This document shows, in pieces, positions 15,201-28,235 of a DNA stretch of 64,000 bases. Numbering within the stretch: position 1 is the stretch's first letter; every line of letters starts with the position of its first letter. The stretch comes from Isurus oxyrinchus. Its lineage: Eukaryota. Location: positions 23,064,001 through 23,128,000 of the forward strand of contig JANJGN010000026.1 of NCBI GenBank assembly GCA_026770705.1, in the 5' to 3' direction. The position numbers and the translations under genes are program-made. The notes under the pieces were generated by a model. It did no database searches. It saw only the letters and a program-made list of their open reading frames with translations, and was not told the DNA's origin.

Positions 15201-16630
15201 TCCTGGGCTCTCCTTTCTTTTCAGTTTTTTCATAATTTTCCAGGAAGTTGAATCCACCCCCCGCCCGCCAACCACCCCCCCCCCCACGCACCAACCCCCC
15301 CACCCCGCCCCCCCCCCACCCACCCCCGCATGCTAACCTGCTGCTTTGTTTCCCATTAGTCATGCTTCTTGGAGTTTACCCTTCCCTCCGCGCACCCCCC
15401 CCCCCCCGACTTTCTAGTTTAAAGTCCTGTTGACCACGCTATTTACCCTTTATGCTAGAACATTGGTCTCATATAAGTTCAGGTGGAGACCGTCCCAATG
15501 GTACAGATCCCTTCTGTTCCAATACTGATGCCAGTGCCCCACGAAATAGAACCCTTCTTTTTCACACCACTCCTTTAGCCACGTGTTTATTTCCCTTATT
15601 CTCATGTCCCTATGCCAATTTGCACATGGCTCGGGTAGTAATCCGGAGATTATAACCCTTGAGGTCCTGTTCTTTAATTTAGTTCCCAGTTCCTGATAAT
15701 CCCCAAACAGGTCCTCTTTCCTAATCTTACCTATGTTATTTATCCCGACGTGGACCACAACAACTGGATCCTCCCCCTCCCTCTTCAATATTCTTTCAAG
15801 CCAGTCAGAGATGTCCCTCACCCTGGCATTGGGCAGGCAACATATCATGTGGGACTCTCGATCCTGCTTACAAAGTAAGCTATCAATTCCCTAATTATAG
15901 AATCCCCTACAACTACCACTTGTCTTTTTGCTCCCCTCTCTTGAATGGCCTCCACGGTGCCATGGTCAGCTGGCTCATCCTCCCTACATCCCTCTTCCTC
16001 ATCCACAGGGAGCAAGTGCCTCGTACCTGTTGGACAAGGTCAAGAGCTGAGGCTCCTCTGTTCCTGAACACAGGATCCCTCTACCTGCCTCACTTGCAGT
16101 CACAAGCTGCTGACCCTGACCACTGACCGGACTTGAGATACTTAATCTACCAGGTGTGACCGCCTCCTGAAACAAAGCATCCAGGTAACTCTCCCCCTCC
16201 CGGATGTGCCACAGCATCCGGAGCTCGGACTCCAGCTCATCAATTCTGAGCCAGAGTTCCTCCAGCAACCAACAATTCCTTCAGATGTGGTCACTTGGCT
16301 TGCAATGGGATCTGCCAGCTCCCACATCATACAGCTACAGCACATCACTTGCCAAGCAATCTCTACTTAGATAATTAATTTATTAATTAGCTTTGCAGTA
16401 TTTTTTTCAAGTTTGGTGCAGATTTCCTACCAACCAATCAGGTCACAGCTTTCCTGTGACGTCACTTTTTCAGTTTTGGCTTCAGTTACTCTGTGCCCCG
16501 AGGTCACTGCTCCCGTGGTCCTCCCTCCGAGTCTGTTCCCTGGAGACAAGGCCATGAATCCCTGTGGTAAGCTAGATTTATACTCACCACTCCGGTGCTC
16601 CTCCCTCCGAGTCTGCTCCCAGGATTACTC
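12205..16630 (-). mobile_element. Near full-length CR1 LINE with frameshifts (ORF1 with SGNH esterase; ORF2 APE-RT)
   Basis: ORF1: CCSCMMWE..LRIDELESELR (15999-16348) and CLPNARVRD..VVVHVGINNI esterase (15450-15848). APE: VLYLNAHS..DVVGITET (14973-15158). RT: VYLDFQKAF, GVPQGSVLGPQLF, KFADDT (12993-13520). C-terminus: LVRPHLEYC..FFSQRVVNLWNSLP (12284-13054). Confidence 0.95.
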
Positions 16631-17883
16631 ACCAATCAGCTGATTTTTCTTTAAATTCCACTTTCAGAAGAGTGTCTCTCGCAGGTCTGGTGCACTCCTG
16701 AAGGTGATGCCTCTTCCTCTCTCTCTTTTTTTTAGGTTTGAGGTGGAGGGAGGGATGGAAACACTACAACAATGTAATGTTTGAGGCTATGCCGTTCTTT
16801 GACAGTGGGTCCTCCTGATTCCCTCCTGAGTCGCGGTGGCTGCGATGACATCTCCCAGAATGCTTCAGTCACTTCTCACCAGCGCCCTCTATTGGATCTG
16901 GAGTTCTGGAGGTTCAGTCGGACAGTGGCCAACAGAAGCCCAATAACTGGAAGGAATCTCGATGAGCATGAATTACATCTATTCAACTTCCGTTGTGAAG
17001 TATTTTTTTGCAGCTTCACCGTCAGAACCAGATTGCTTCGTCAGCTTTCGTAATTCGGGCACATTCATATGAAATGAGCATTAAAGGTCGCTTTTCAGTC
17101 ATTCGAACAATACCCAATAATATAGCTGCTTTCACCTTGTTTACTCTTCAGGTCGCTGACAACCCCATGTATTACTGTCTGCTGAGGCCCTCAGCGAGAA
17201 AGGCCTCGGGGCAACTCGTACCAATACAATGTTTTGTGAAATCAGTGAAAATAAGTTTCATTGAATCCGGCCACCAGGCGGCGCATCAGGCCGTGGATTC
17301 CCATCTCCTGACAGACACTTAAAAGTATTTGAGGAGAAATTGCGTTTGAGCTCATATTTATGCCCGTTAATGTGACATTTCCTTAAATACCCATAATTGT
17401 AGAGTTTAGATCAGTGTTAATCAACAGCTCAGCTCCAACACATTGGGATGGGATGCATATTTGTTCTGTTCCCCACTGACAGGTTCAACCCCTTGTTTTA
17501 ACTGATTTCAGCTATGAAGCGATCAGTAACTATAGAATAATACAACAATTATCTAATTCCTGTCGCGAGACTGTTTACCCCAGATTTGAAATGACTATAA
17601 CCGTAAACCAGCCCTTACAGACGGGCAGAATTAAATAATTTCTGTTGGGCGCATTAGCCTCGAATTCAGCTCATAATGGATAGATTTTATGAGTGACAAC
17701 AGTGCCCATAGCCGCATCCCCCATAGTTCCGTTTGTTTCTCTCGCCCTGACCTTCCTTGTTTTTCCTGTGTTTTGGAAAGTTGTTTTCCAGTGTTCCCGG
17801 TTTGACGTACAGTGCGCCGGGGATCTGCACTTCTGCCCTGACAGAAGATTTGGCGGATTGTTGAGTTACAGACTCGGAGCACC

Positions 17884-18368
17884 ATGGGGAATTGCATCAC
17901 ACGACTTCTCGTCATCGTATCACTTCTTAGTAAATATTTACTTCCCAGAAAAAAAATCCGTTTTCCCCTGACTGCAGTAGCCCACGTGTTATTAATTCTT
18001 GGATTATGTTGTTGATGATTAAGTTACTGGAGATGATGACACTGATAATGATGACATTTACCCACTTAGGATGGAGCCATCCAGACACAGTGGTCGGGTC
18101 GGTTGCTGAAATGATGCCGAAGCTGAAATGATGCCGAAGACGACAGGAACACCTCGTGATCAGCAGATTCAAAACAAATCTCTTCCACCATTTGTTCTGG
18201 GATCGTCAGAAACGCGGGCAACATCCACAGCTCCTGAATCAACTGATCGGTGAGAATGAAAACAAGAAGACAGACATCGTTTGCCAATTCATTTCTACAT
18301 TTAACATAACTATCAAGGTAACGGCCACAAGCCCCACACTGCGGCACAGATACAGCGGATCCCGATGA
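17884..18368 (+). pseudogene. Heavily decayed TCR alpha/delta-type V segment (leader + V exon)
   Basis: Leader-like exon MGNCITRLLVIVSLL + a|gtaaat at 17884-17929; acceptor cccacttag; FR2-like HLFWDRQKRGQHPQLL; FR3-like FISTFNITIK..YSG; 17-bp tandem duplication (gctgaaatgatgccgaa x2); no Cys23, YYC or clear RSS. Confidence 0.55.
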
Positions 18369-20219
18369 CAATCCTTCAACGAGCGGCTCAGTTAATGCTC
18401 AGCAGAGGGCGCCCGAACATCGAGAACAAGGACAAATATTCAGCTTCAGTGTAAGATTCAGGCGGAATTTTCTTAAAGAAGAACAAAAACCCGCAACATT
18501 CTGTTGGGCCATGACTCCCGAGCTCCAGGGCAGTGTAACTGTAGGATACCCCAAAGCTGCGCCGGGGAACACCCCGCCCGGAAGTTCCCAGGCAAAGTTT
18601 GCAAGACAATTGCTCGGGATGTGCAAACTTCCCATGGGCAATTGCTCTGCACTGGGAACTATCGGAAAATGCAATTTACATTGCAAACTTCGGATGGTCC
18701 CGACTCTCTTACATCAATTGTTACCCAGAAAAAAAGTTAGAAGCAGTAAAGCCATTTCTAGCTCCTGGGTAGCTAATGTACAGACCGACACCCACCAGGG
18801 TCCCCCCGCACCGCTGAACGGCCAGGGGACTCCCCTCAACCTTTAGACCCCCTCCCCCCAACCCCTCGCCAATGGGACACTCCTCAACACCCGAAAATCT
18901 AGGTGACACCTCGCATCCCACAGCTACTCTCAACCGCCCAACCCAACTCCTCATATGAAGAACGTCCAGCGAAGTCAGTGAATAGACGCAGAATTTCCAC
19001 CGCCTGGCAATGGGGGACCCAGTGGATTGTGAACAGAAGAGGTCGAAGGGGAGAATGAAGTATAAATAAAAGCAAAAATGATATAAATGAACAGAGTTTA
19101 CAAATCCAGGCAGGGAACAGAAAAGGAGACAGTGGGTTAAAATTATTGAATCGTACAATGACAGTGATTGAAAGGAAGATCTGAACGTTGTCCCTGTCCA
19201 CGGGAGTGCCGCCTGCTCCATGGTGCATCAGCCCCACATTTTATACTGTATATTTAAAACCTGAACAATATCCCGTTGACGGTGAGTGAAACCCTCTCCT
19301 TCCGCCGCCGCCTCCACCAGAACCGTCGTATATCGGCTCAGCACCTGTCTGGCCTCAGTGGTTAAAGACCTGAGAGATTTGCCTATGAAGATCAGCGAAT
19401 GAGGTCCCAATGGTGAATAATTTCAGTGCCGTCTGCTCTCATTAGTTAAAAATTTGAAACATTGAACTGTGAAAGGCGAATGAGTACCTCGTCTATAGAC
19501 TAGCTCTGTGCCAGTCTGTATGCTTTGAGACACCTACACAAAGGAATATGAAGTTGAGACTAAGAATGATGGGTGATACAGAGGGAGTTGATAAAAGTGA
19601 TACTCAGTATGGTGCATATGCAGAGAAGCACTGACAGGGGGACATAGGTGAAGGTGAGATTGTATACATTGAATGGGAGGGAGAGACATCAACAGAGAGA
19701 TGTATAATGCTGAGGCTTGAGGACAGCTAGTGGTATAAAGAGAGAACAGCAGAAGGATATTGATGCGGATATGTATTTATAAATATAAAAGCACGGAAAG
19801 TTAACAGTTGATAATTACTAATCTCCGAATGGAATGACCCTTGTACAGCGAACTGCGGTAAAAAGATCATCACTGCTATGTGTAATACAAATGGACACGA
19901 GATACTAACACTGACTGAAGTTCTGGGGCGAGCACACACTCTCTAGAATCCTCAGTGACACCAGGAGGCTTGCGAATTGGAGAAACCTGGAGATTTTAAT
20001 AAGGAAAATGGGGATGATGCTGGAAGAAACCATGAGAAACACAGGCAAAAATTAACAAACAGTTAACAATAAAAACCAGCAAGTTAGAATAAAACAAATA
20101 AACTCATGGTATAGGAATCTGAGCAACTTTGCTGCACAGTGGAGTGACGTCCATCTCAATGCATGAGCTCAGTGCCTGGCTGTACACAGTTATTCAAGAA
20201 TTAAGCAATACACATTGAT

Positions 20220-21190
20220 TAGTGCAATATATAATCCCACTGTTTATATTAAACCAGAGTTCGCCTCATTTATTACTGCACTGGACTGTTACACTAGATG
20301 ATGTCTTAGCTATTATTGTAATAGATGTGCCTCCACATATTTTTGTTACTTCTGACTACAATAATTTTAATGCTTATATTCATGTCACATCAGGCACTGT
20401 TTCAGTTGAACTACACGAGGCCACATCTCACTTTATATTGCATTCGTCCCTTTTTGCAGTTATTTGCAATAGAATGCATCTCTGTCTATGTTGCCCTAGG
20501 CCATATCTCAGTTATTATCGCAATAGGTCATCTCCGTTAGTATTAGGCAACATCCTCTCTCAGTATTACACGAGACCATGTCACTCTTTATATTACAATA
20601 ACCTGGGTCTCTGTTTACGGTACCTGAGACCCTAACTAATTTATTGCGGCATTAGACGTGTCTCTGCTTGCATTACATGAGACCTTGCTTGAATTACAAC
20701 TACATGAGACTCTGTCTCGGTTTACATTACACTGGACTATTTCTATGGTATATTGCATTAAAACATGATCGAGTTGACATTACACTAGGCCACGCCTTTG
20801 CTGATACTGCACTATGACTGCACTCACATTATACTAAAATACTATATGGCCCTATGTACATTACATTAGGCCATGTCTTTGTTCATATTATCGAGAGGCT
20901 TGTCTGAATTATTATCACATTACCCTTGGCCCTGTTTATATTTCAGTAGGCCCTATCTTTGTTATTACTCCTCCAAATAAATCTCCTGTTTACATTACAC
21001 TAGACACATTTCTAGTTGCTTTACTCCATGCCTTGTTTCAGTTAATACTGAACTAGACTCTGTCTTTATTTATATTACATCAGGCCATGCCTTAGTAAAT
21101 GCCATCCTAGGTCACATCCCTATTTGTATTAAATAAGTTTATTGGCAGGACGTATTTATTTGTTTATCTTAACAGTGATTTACACTAATT
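20220..21190 (+). repeat. Degenerate ~27-30 bp tandem array (part of duplicated cassette)
   Basis: Same unit as 2600-3420; paralog at 40970-41985. Confidence 0.75.
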
Positions 21191-22624
21191 ATTATTCTCG
21201 AAGCAACATTTTTAGCACGTTGAAAAAGCTGACAGGAATTGGGCGGACGTGCGGAAAGGCTGGTGGCTTTATCCACTGCAGGTCAAATCATCGGCCATGT
21301 TTGTGTGACGTGCAGTTGGCCATGTTTGTGTGACTTACTGCCGTTATTAATTACCCTTTCGTCCTGTAATGGCCTTTCCGCCCCTGCCTTCAATGTTGAG
21401 CAGCATTTTCCCGAACTCCGCTGTCAGTTTTGTGAAGCCTTTGACCTCGGCCTTGTCACGGGGTTTATTTGATCGAGTCTTGCTGTCGCTGGGTAAGAGA
21501 TAATTATACATCATAAACAGATTTCAGAACAGAAGCTAATAGCTGTGATCTTTAAAGAAAGCCGCAAGAACACAGCCTATTTCCTTGCCGAGCGCCGTTT
21601 CATTCTGTGTTAATGCAAAGGGAATTTCTGAATATTCCCAACCTGGAAATCAAACATGTCTGAAATGAAACATCATTTTACATGTAACCCACCGGAGGAG
21701 TGGTGCAGGAAGCATTTGGTTAAATGACAGGGAGAGTTTGTTCTTTGTATTCTGGCCCGTGTGCTCTGGGCGACAGCAGGTCCTTGGCTCATTTTCTGCA
21801 GTTGTGTCGTTTTGAGCTGTTTTCTTGGTAACTTTGTCGTGGTTGACCATTGCCATCTACTCGCAGGAGCAGGAAGAACCCAAGTCAACCTCAGCCAGAA
21901 CGCGAACAGAAACCTTGCGTTTGGGATTATTCCGAAACAAAACTAGACACCGAGCCAACTGATCTAACCAGCTGCTACTTCGTCTTTGTGCATGTTGTGG
22001 TACATCTGTCAGGATATTGGTAATGTCACTGGACTACTTCATACTGTAACTTGTCCCCAGTTGCTGGGTCCGGGAAGATGCCGGGTCTGAGGCGCCGGAC
22101 TTCAGGTCAGAAGTCTAACTGGTGTCCCTCCAGCCCGTTCAGGGCGATGTTAAACAATCTCCGGAATATTGGAATAAGAGCGAGGCGGGGGGATTCTCCT
22201 GGTGTCCTGGGCCCACATTCCACCTTTAACAAACACCACCCAATACAAACACATGCACCGACCTCCCAGTTCATTACTGTAGGGAAAGGGGCGCGACAGC
22301 ACAACTGACAGAAAGAAAAGCTCCCCTCCCCCACCCCTGTACACCAGAGTATTGTGGGAGGGGATTTCACATCCGGATCACAATCCAAATGTAGAGTTAG
22401 AAAATTGCAGCCTCCTTTTATAAACCTGTCTCTTATTCACACAACACTTAGCCAGTGACCCAGGACCCGTGCGGCCCTTCAATAATCTCAGCGGAACTGC
22501 CCTGTGCAAATCAACTCGAACTCCCTAAAGTATTTCAGTCCAGCCCTGAGGTCCGGTCTCCCAGTGCAGTCCAGGGAACTGGAGTTCCCCGTCATATAGA
22601 CTCTCAGCTCCAGGCAGCAGAACG

Positions 22625-23104
22625 ATGGGAATCCTCCTTGTTTTCACCCTGTGTGTCTGTTTAACTTGTGAGTACCGTTCAAACAAACCGACATTGTGTG
22701 GATTGAATATAAAGCTGCCCGAGTCCATCCCATTTACAGACACTGCCCAGGTTTTAACCCCGCTCTGTGTTTCGGCTCTGATAGTCCACTAAGCTCTCTC
22801 TGTTTCATTTCTAGGTTCTTTCAGTCAGTCAGTGGTACAGACCCCGGCAGCGGTGACCAGGAAGGAGTGTCAGTCTCTCATCATCAACTGTGTTTTCTAT
22901 GGCGGATTATTTGTTTATCCTTTGACGGGCGGGGATTTCTTCAAACAAACCCAGACCGGGACAGAGCGGGAGCGGATCTCCAGCGGGGGGAGATTTGTTG
23001 TGTCGGTGAATAAAGCCGAAAAGAAATTTTCGCTGGAAATTCGGGAATTGAGAGTTGAAGACACCGCCACCTATTACTGTAAAGCTCAGTACTGGCACAA
23101 AACA
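22625..23104 (+). CDS. NARTCR V: NAR-TCR V gene segment (IgNAR-like V), cassette 1, apparently functional; leader 22625-22667, V exon 22815-23104
   Basis: Leader MGILLVFTLCVCLT + t|gtgagt; phase-1 acceptor ctag; open frame SFSQSVVQTPAAVTRKECQSLIINCVFYGGLFVYPLTGGDFFKQTQTGTERERISSGGRFVVSVNKAEKKFSLEIRELRVEDTATYYCKAQYWHKT. Short domain lacking CDR2, with IgNAR-like ISSGGRF..FSLEI..LRVED..YYCKA and an extra FR1 Cys. Confidence 0.92.
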
Positions 23105-23142
23105 CACAGTGATGGGCCTCGGCTTCCCGCGATACAAAAACT
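23105..23142 (+). promoter_or_regulatory. 23-type RSS of NAR-TCR V1
   Basis: CACAGTG + 22-bp spacer + ACAAAAACT. Confidence 0.95.
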
Positions 23143-23463
23143 CTCACTGCAGATTATCACAGAAACAAATGAAAAAGCGGAGTAAATCTGCCGTTAAACC
23201 CCCCACAGTTCCGCCTCACACCATCTGCCCCACAGTCTAGTTTATAATGAGATTGGATTATTACCGTTAACGTCTTGAGTTTTATAAATGCCGAGTGTGT
23301 GCGGATGGTGGTGCCTTTCCCGGGATTGCTGTCAGTGAATAGGAATTGTGAATGACTGATCCCCGTTACAATCCCCTAATATCAGATGTGATCCTGGACG
23401 AACAGCGGGATTCGCGAACCGCAGTCCCCGCTGTTTAACTAATGTCCCCACCAAGTATCCGAG

Positions 23464-23536
23464 GGATTTTATGCTGACTTGTAACACTGTGCGAATGGAT
23501 GGGGAAGTCACAGTGGGAGAGACCTAAGCAAATACC
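23464..23536 (+). other. NARTCR D: NAR-TCR D segment (core 23492-23508) flanked by 12-RSS on both sides
   Basis: GGATTTTAT-12-CACTGTG [cgaatggatggggaagt] CACAGTG-12-GCAAATACC; all three frames open (RMDGE / EWMGK / NGWGS). Confidence 0.9.
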
Positions 23537-23851
23537 TCTTCACGATCAGAATATAAATTCTCCGGGCCCGGATAGTGAATTGTCGGTTTGATGTAATTTT
23601 GGCTGTAACCTGGTTACATTTCATTGTAATTTCCACCATTCAGTTATCTTTCTTTGGTAGTTTTCTCGGTTTATATGAAGTGACCACCTCGTTCACGGGG
23701 CCAGTCGCTCAGAACTCAGGGCCTCACATAGAACAGTTTGAACCGACAGAGACTTTGGAACATTGAATATTGTTTATTTATTTAAATCTGCTGAATAATT
23801 GGGCAGTTTCTACTGTCTGGTGATGATTTCCCGCCAGGTTGAGGTGTCGGT

Positions 23852-23942
23852 GGTTGTTGTATCGGGGAGACTGTGAGCGGCGTCGCTGTGATGGGTTATA
23901 AATATGTGGATGGATCCGGGACGGTGGTGACTGTCACAGCCG
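23852..23942 (+). CDS. NARTCR J: NAR-TCR J segment (coding 23891-23942) with 23-RSS
   Basis: GGTTGTTGT-23-CGCTGTG then MGYKYVDGSGTVVTVTA + g|gtaagt (phase-1 donor, GxGT motif, IgNAR-like J). Confidence 0.92.
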
Positions 23943-24789
23943 GTAAGTAACTCCATACCCCGCCGGGTTACAGCCTGTCCCGGGTAATGTTCACAGCCAG
24001 TTTATTATTGATATCAGTGGAGTTTGGGGGGATGTGAGAGTTGACGGAATCTGGGGCATTATCGGTTTAACGGGAACATGTGGGACATCAACATCACCGA
24101 CTCTCACACTCTGAATCGCTTTTAATGAGCGCAGATTACTGAAAATCCGGACTCCACACCCGGTGTTAACTGTGACCGAGGAAACTCTGTCTGTCCCTTA
24201 GAGCCCTGGAGCGGGGTCACAGAGCTCTCTCCTGGGCAGCAGATTGCAGTCCGAGCCGCGCAATATGAATGAGATACCGAGTGAATAAACTCAACACAAC
24301 TGCGGCCAGTTCGGATACCTGCAGCGGCTCGTTCAATACCTGATCCGGGAGAAAAACAGGGAAATGTCACAACGGACTTCAGATATTAGAGATTCTGATG
24401 TGGGTCCAGGTGGAATTTTATTATTGGACAATCAATGACTGAAATTAGTGTCTTTGTAGCTGCCATTTCTTTCAATTGTCTTCATAGAACCAATCTATTT
24501 GCTCCTTTTCCGCCCTCAGACCGAAATGTGAAAGTTTGGAACTGCAGACACTTCTCTATATTGAATGTAGATGTTTGAGAGATGTGATTGCTGTAATTTA
24601 TCTGTATCGCTGATTATTGTGAATTGAAACAACACAGTGCAGTGAGAGAGTGAGGACGATGCATTAATCTTATAAAGGGGAACTGGGACGTAAGGGAACA
24701 CTGGGGGCATGTTCATTGAGAACCAGCAAGAAATAGCTCATCGAAAGGGAGAGAAGGATTGGATGATTTCCGGGCGCCTTTCAAAATGC

Positions 24790-25305
24790 AATCCGATCCC
24801 GTGATGGGTGAGGTTTATGAAAGGAAGAACTGAAATGGGATCCAGTTTGGAATGCTGAGTAAAGTTTTGGTCTCCTTACAAAAAAGAGATCAATCTGCTT
24901 TGGAAGGAGTGCAACAAGGTTCATCAGGCTGATTCCTGAGATGAAGGGATTGTCCATTGTGACGTGATTGAGTATTCTGGGCCTATATTCCCGACAGTTT
25001 AGGAGAATGAGAGGTGATCTCAAAAAAACATATAATATTCTTCAGGAGCTTGACAGAGCAGACTGAGGAATATAGAACTCGGTGTCACAGCTTCAGAATA
25101 AAGGGTCATCCATTAGAACTGAGAAGGAGAAAATATCTTCTGTAGAACCATTGTTGTGAATCTGTGGCATTCCGTAACTCAGAGAGCGGTGGGTGTTCAT
25201 AATCTGTGTGCATTCAAGACAATATTCGATAGACTTTTGGATACTATAAGAATCAGGGGGTATGGGGAGAGTGCGGGAATGTGACGTTGAGGTTGGAAAT
25301 CAGCC
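24790..25305 (+). mobile_element. Decayed CR1 3' fragment in the J to supporting-V intron
   Basis: ttaggagaatgagaggtgatct and ttgtgaatctgtggcattcc resemble the CR1 ORF2 end; paralog at ~45330-45900. Confidence 0.7.
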
Positions 25306-25315
25306 ACAATATTAC

Positions 25316-26691
25316 GACTCCCACAGCTACCTCGACTACAGCTCCTCACACCCCGCTTCCTGTAAGGACTCCATCCCATTCTCCCAGTTCCTTCGCCTTC
25401 GTCGCATCTGTTCCGATGATGCTACCTTCAAAAACGGTTCCTCTGACATGTCCTCCTTCTTCCTTAACCGAGGTTTTCCACCGACGGTCGTTGACAGGGC
25501 CCTCAACCGTGTCCGGCCCATCTCCCGCGCATCCGCCCTCACGCCTTCTCCTCCCTCCCAGAAACATGATAGGGTCCCCCTTGTCCTCACTTATCACCCC
25601 ACCAGCCTCCGCATTCAAAGGATCATCCTCCGCCATTTCCGCCAACTCCAGCATGATGCCACCACCAAACACATCTTCCCTTCACCCCCCTTATCGGCAT
25701 TCCGTAGGGATCGCTCCCTCCGGGACACCCTGGTCCACTCCTCCATCACCCCCTACTCCTCAACCCCCTCCTATGGCACCACCCCATGCCCACGCAAAAG
25801 ATGTAACACCTGCCCCTTCACTTCCTCTCTCCTCACCGTCCAAGGGCCCAAACACTCCTTTCAAGTGAAGCAGCATTTCACTTGCATTTCCCCCAACTTA
25901 GTCTACTGCATTCGTTGCTCCCAATGTGGTCTCCTCTACATTGGAGAGACCAAACGTAAACTGGGCGACCGCTTTGCAGAACACCTGCGGTCTGTCCGCA
26001 AGAATGACCCAAACCTCCCTGTCGCTTGCCATTTTAACACTCCACCCTGCTCTCTTGCCCACATGTCTGTCCTTGGCTTACTGCATTGTTCCAGCGAAGC
26101 CCAACGCAAACTGGAGGAACAACACCTCATCTTCCGACTAGGCACCTTACAGCCTTCCGGTCTGAATATTGAATTCAATAACTTTAGGTCGTGAGCTCCC
26201 TCCCCCATCCCCACCCCCTTTCTGTTTCCCCCCTTTTTTTCCCCCCTTTTTTTTCCCTATAAATTTTACAGATTTTTCTTTTCCCACTTATTTTTAAATA
26301 TTTTTAAATCTTTTATGCTCCCCCCACCCCCACTAGAGCTGTACCTTGAGTGCCCTACCATCCATTCTTAATTAGCACATTCGTTTAGATAATATCACCA
26401 ACTTTAACTTTAACACCTATGTGTTCTTTTGTCCCATTGTCACTGACATCTTTTGATGATCTGCTTCTATCACTGCTTGTTTGTCTACACAAGCACCTCT
26501 GTCTCTCTCTCTCTCTCCGCGCCCCCCCCCCCCCCCCCACACACCTTAAACCAGCTTATATTTCAACTCTTTCCTGGACTCGAAATCAAGTTCTGTCGAA
26601 GGGTCATGAAGACTCGAAACGTCAACTCTTTTCTTCTCCGCCGATGCTGCCAGACCTGCTGAGTTTTTCCAGGTAATTCTGTTTTTGTTTT
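25316..26691 (+). mobile_element. 5'-truncated Penelope-like element (GIY-YIG endonuclease end + terminal repeat)
   Basis: ORF 25262-26194: FLNRGFP..CNTC..NLVYCIRCSQCGLLYIGETKRKLGDRFAEH..GLNIEF; flanked by direct repeat acaatattac (25306-25315 and 26692-26701). Confidence 0.92.
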
Positions 26692-27701
26692 ACAATATTA
26701 CTTAATGTTGGAGCAGGTTTGAAAGGTGATCTGGCGCCTCCTGCTTCTATTCAATTCTCTACTTTGATTTCTTCCAGTCCTGAGAAAAGAAATCAGCAAC
26801 AATCCACATCTCTCTGGGAAGTTTGAACAGGCTGGGCCTCTTTTTTCTGGACAAAGGGGAGCCACTGGGAAAATTTATAGAAACCTTTTAAATAATGAAC
26901 GGTTTTAGAGTGGAGAAATTGTTTCTTTGTGGCTGAGCCCAAATCAATGGTCATCAACGTATGATAGTTATTAAAAGAACAAATAAAAATATTAAGACCA
27001 ATAAATTTTAACAAAGCCAAGTCAGAATGTGGAACTTGCTGCGACAGGGAGTGGTTGGAGTTAGCATTGATATATTTATTGCAACACTTGAAAATACAGG
27101 AGAGAGAACAGAACAGACCGATACAAGGAGCTGGGTGGAAATGGTCAATTAGATTTCTGGTGGGGTTCGGCTGGAATTGATTATATACACAGGTCGAATG
27201 GCCCATTCCTCTTCCGCATTCTTCTTCCTCTTTTATGTAAAATTGTGAGAAAACTCCACTCAGTGAACTCGGGAGAGAATCAGTCAATAGGCGGAAAGAA
27301 TTGAAATTGTCAGAGAGCCGGAAGAGGCAGTTTCCAAAGAGTAACAGTCAAACCACTGCGGAAACTGAACAGACTGAATCCAACCGACAACTGAGAGACT
27401 TTGGGGCAAGTTCCCATGATTGCAAAAAGCGCAAACAGAACAAAGAAAATGTGAAATAAAGGGAATGTCAAATTAAAGAAATAAAATGAAATTAATTGTA
27501 CATATTTGAAATTGAGCTGAACTGGAGAAAATTGGGCCCTATTGAGAGATCATAGAAAAATAGAACAAAACGCAGATAGAAATTCCCGAGCCGTTTTCAA
27601 CCGCAATAAATGATTGACCTTTGACCACTGATACTCACTTTCGATTTGGCCCAATTGGGTCTGATGATTCCCATCAGTTTGTGTTGGATCTTGCAGTGCG
27701 C

Positions 27702-27719
27702 AGTGATGTCACACAGCTG
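27702..27719 (+). promoter_or_regulatory. TCR V-promoter-type CRE decamer plus E-box upstream of supporting Vdelta 1
   Basis: AGTGATGTCA (27702-27711) matches the TCR V decamer AGTGAYRTCA; CAGCTG at 27714-27719. Confidence 0.5.
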
Positions 27720-28235
27720 TGTTCCTCTGCAACAAACATGTCTTTTTTTCGAAACTGGTTGCCTCACTGATCGTAATATGTTCCCTCGGGTTTTTTTCTC
27801 ACCAAGGAAAATAGAAACGGGAATGTAAGATAATTCATAGAATTATCCAGCACGGAAGGTTGACATTCGGCCCATCGCGTAGGTGCTGACCCTTTAAAAG
27901 TGCAATCCAATTTTTCCCACTGCTCATTAATTTTCTTCATAGCTCTATATTTGTATTTACATTTCCAGCACAGAGCCATTACCCGTTTGAAAATTGCAAT
28001 GGAATTTGCTCCCAACACGAATTTAGACAGTGCAGTCCCGATCGCAAGGTTTCGCCATGTACACTAAAATACAATCTCATTTCCCTTTGGCCATATTTTA
28101 CTAACAGTGAATACGGTTCAAACAGGCTTCCAGCAAATAAAATTACTGCAAAAAGCAGAGCTATTCACCCGACTAAATTCACCTGGACAAACAGAGGCTA
28201 AAGAAAATGACAATGTTCATTTTTTTATCCCCCAG

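Noticed and set aside
25306-26701. PLEs in both cassettes as one ancestral insertion
   Set aside because: The TSDs differ, and each copy shows an empty site at the other's insertion point.
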